From the IMG/VR virus record IMGVR_UViG_3300035208_005974, positions 32,001-96,000 of that record: 64,000 nt of DNA. One strand, 5' to 3'. Of this stretch, positions 61,814 through 64,000 are shown in pieces (position 1 is the first letter of the stretch; every line of letters begins with the position of its first letter). This DNA is from a virus (lineage: Duplodnaviria; Caudoviricetes). The position numbers and the translations under genes are program-made. The notes under the pieces are model-generated. The model was not told the DNA's origin. It searched no databases and worked only from the letters and a program-made list of their open reading frames with translations.

Positions 61814-63961
61814 GTGATTGCAATTACCAAAAAAGATATTGTTGATATGGTTGTCGAGGAAGATCCACCTATCAAAGAAAATGGTTGGGACGGTGCGACA
61901 AGCAAAAGTCAACTTTTTGATTTTGCGAGAGATGAGGAAGGCAATCTTCAAAAAGAAAAAATAGAAAATTATTTTTTGAAGGTTGAAGGTGATGGTCTAG
62001 TAGAATCTGATTATAGTTATCCTGTTGGCAAGATAGTAGATGGTAAACCTGAATATGACCTAGAAGGATTGCAGGCTGCTTTCTCGGCGGCAATGGGTTC
62101 TCATACTGGAATTGAGCATGAAAAGTTAGCTGAAAGGGCTGCTAATCTTGCTAAAGAAAACTTTGGCCTGGAAATGCTTACCGACGGCATGAAAGACGTT
62201 CTCGGTATCAAGGAAAATTCTGCATACGTTACTGCTTCCGGCGACATGGTAATTGAGGAAACTACTCCCATTAATGATTATCCTAATGAATCAAACAATG
62301 CTGACGTTGCTTGGACTCCTGAAAAAGCAAAACAAGATTTAATTGAGTGGGCTACTTCTGACGGCAAAATCAGTAAGAAAAAGCTGATGAAGTATTTTCT
62401 GGATGTCGATGGAGGGGATGCACAAAACGTCGATTCTTACAGGTATGTAGTGGGAGCAATTGTAGATACAGAACCTCAATATTGTCTACGATGTTTAGAC
62501 GATAGCTGGGAATTGGCTTCTGGAAAAAGGACTGGCGTTGCTAACCGAACCGTTATGAAAAAAATTGTTTTCCTCAAGGAACGCGAAGGAATGCCGCTTA
62601 CCGAAGAACAAATGGAATTTACCCAACGACATATGTCTGCTCCCATCAACGATTCCGAAATCAAACTCAATGAATATGTTTTGCAGGATGCTAGTGAAAT
62701 GGGTAACATTGCGGTTGTAAATAGTACCGACATTAAATTGAATTCTGCGTTGTCCGGTTCCAAAGTTATCTATGAAGACGATAATGTAATTGACGTTCCT
62801 GTTGTTCCGATGCGAGAAGGTGTTTTTACTGGTTCTGATGGTGTTCCCACCCTCAAGAAGTTTGAATATTTTAGTAAAGACGCTCATTGGCTTGATGGAC
62901 AACCAATTCTTAAAGGACATACAGCTCCCACGGAACTTGTTACATATAAACATGATCGTATTGGCAAACTTACCAATGTAATGACACGACCCGATAAAAA
63001 GGATGTTGTAGCCGTTGCTAGATATTATAAAAATAAATTAAGCCCGGATGACCTTGCAAAAATTAAATCTGGTATTCCTTATGATGGTTCGATTGCATAT
63101 ACTACGCATACCACATTTGGGGATGGTGAATACGACGGTAAGCGATATGGTGCAATTGAAGACGGCGGATATCACTTTTATCATTTCGCGGATCTTGGTA
63201 GTGAAAGAGGCGCTTGTTCTCATGAGGAAGGCTGCGGATTTCTATTAAATGAGGCTCCTAAAACCGATTCTTTTTACAATGAATTAAGGCGCGCAGACAT
63301 AACAACAACCACTAATAACAATTATAGTATTAAATTAAATTCAAAAACATGTAATGACGTTATTTTGGAAACAAATGACAAAAATGAGGCCATTGCGTTG
63401 TCTAAAACTTTCGTTAAAAATGGAAATATTCCCAAACAAAACAAATGTAACGATGATAAAAAATATAATTCACAAATTGTAGGTAATAATATGACAGAAG
63501 AATATATTAATCCAGAAGACGTACAAAAGCTTCCCGTGGAAGAAGAGAAAGACGACACCGTTGAAGCTAAACTTAACGAAGTCGATGAATCACTCGCTAT
63601 GAAAGACCAGGAAATTGCTAGCCTTAAAGAACAAATGGCTGCATTGCAAGCCCGGCTCGATGATCTCCTAATGAAACAACAGGAAGCCGAAAAGGAAGAA
63701 GCTGATAAGGCTGCTGAGGAAGATTTCCAGGCATTCGGCCAAAAACTAAATGCCGCCCATCGGAAAGATGCTCGTGTCCATTATGATAACTTCTTAAAGA
63801 CTGGCTGGAAGTATATTGCTGCAAATCCCGAAGTTTTTAAGATGGATATTCCCAAAATGAACGCACGTGGCATTCCTGCGGAAGGAGAAGACGTTTCCGA
63901 GTTGTCTAAGGCTCGTGCAGAACTGCAGAAAACCCTTTCTTCTAATTATAGACGAAAATAA
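61814..63961 (+). CDS. Head maturation protease (DUF2213-like) fused to N-terminal repeats and a coiled-coil scaffold
   Basis: VPMREGVF, GQPILKGH, IGKL, SIAY, FYHFA..RGACS...GCG; two N-terminal W..YFL..SY-x-Y-x-VG repeats; acidic coiled-coil C-terminus. Confidence 0.75.
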   Translation: MIAITKKDIVDMVVEEDPPIKENGWDGATSKSQLFDFARDEEGNLQKEKIENYFLKVEGDGLVESDYSYPVGKIVDGKPEYDLEGLQAAFSAAMGSHTGIEHEKLAERAANLAKENFGLEMLTDGMKDVLGIKENSAYVTASGDMVIEETTPINDYPNESNNADVAWTPEKAKQDLIEWATSDGKISKKKLMKYFLDVDGGDAQNVDSYRYVVGAIVDTEPQYCLRCLDDSWELASGKRTGVANRTVMKKIVFLKEREGMPLTEEQMEFTQRHMSAPINDSEIKLNEYVLQDASEMGNIAVVNSTDIKLNSALSGSKVIYEDDNVIDVPVVPMREGVFTGSDGVPTLKKFEYFSKDAHWLDGQPILKGHTAPTELVTYKHDRIGKLTNVMTRPDKKDVVAVARYYKNKLSPDDLAKIKSGIPYDGSIAYTTHTTFGDGEYDGKRYGAIEDGGYHFYHFADLGSERGACSHEEGCGFLLNEAPKTDSFYNELRRADITTTTNNNYSIKLNSKTCNDVILETNDKNEAIALSKTFVKNGNIPKQNKCNDDKKYNSQIVGNNMTEEYINPEDVQKLPVEEEKDDTVEAKLNEVDESLAMKDQEIASLKEQMAALQARLDDLLMKQQEAEKEEADKAAEEDFQAFGQKLNAAHRKDARVHYDNFLKTGWKYIAANPEVFKMDIPKMNARGIPAEGEDVSELSKARAELQKTLSSNYRRK

Positions 63962-64000
63962 ATAAACATTAAATAAATTTTTATGGAGATAAAACAAAAA

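Noticed and set aside
1243-63997. Many short antisense or nested ORFs in the track (e.g. 34402-34923, 56331-56702, 62495-62953)
   Set aside because: They shadow well-supported genes on the other strand or frame and show no RBS or motifs

Overview
About 64 kb of a large, AT-rich tailed archaeal virus genome. Archaeal origin is inferred from the PolB/PCNA/RFC replisome, BRE-TATA promoters and GAGGTGA ribosome-binding sites; a methanogen host is a guess from gene style and cannot be proven here. Left third: replication and DNA-modification genes (PolB, two DP1-like metallophosphoesterases, exonuclease, QueE, PCNA, RFC, three DNA methyltransferases, thymidylate synthase). Middle: accessory genes, homing endonucleases, tRNA fragments, an expanded paralogue family around terminase, an origin-like repeat and several structured non-coding elements. 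Right: head module (portal, effector genes, MuF polyprotein, DUF2213-type protease/scaffold). There are three IS200/IS605-superfamily insertions (tnpA+tnpB, tnpB-only, iscB) and one orphan omega-RNA. The strongest candidate for an undescribed system is at 51.2-58.8 kb: seven effector modules (ADP-ribosyltransferases and zincin peptidases), each preceded by the same KLNYxC-x10-12-C tag. Three are stand-alone genes with a shared N-terminal leader and four are chained behind MuF. The K-x-N core also recurs about ten times in the head protease/scaffold, suggesting a capsid-packaged, protease-released effector set. Also notable: four promoter-proximal G-U-rich hairpin RNAs, and a clamp-binding LF(D/E)F tail shared by PolB, the clamp loader and methyltransferases. 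All family calls are from motif recognition by eye; no database search was run.
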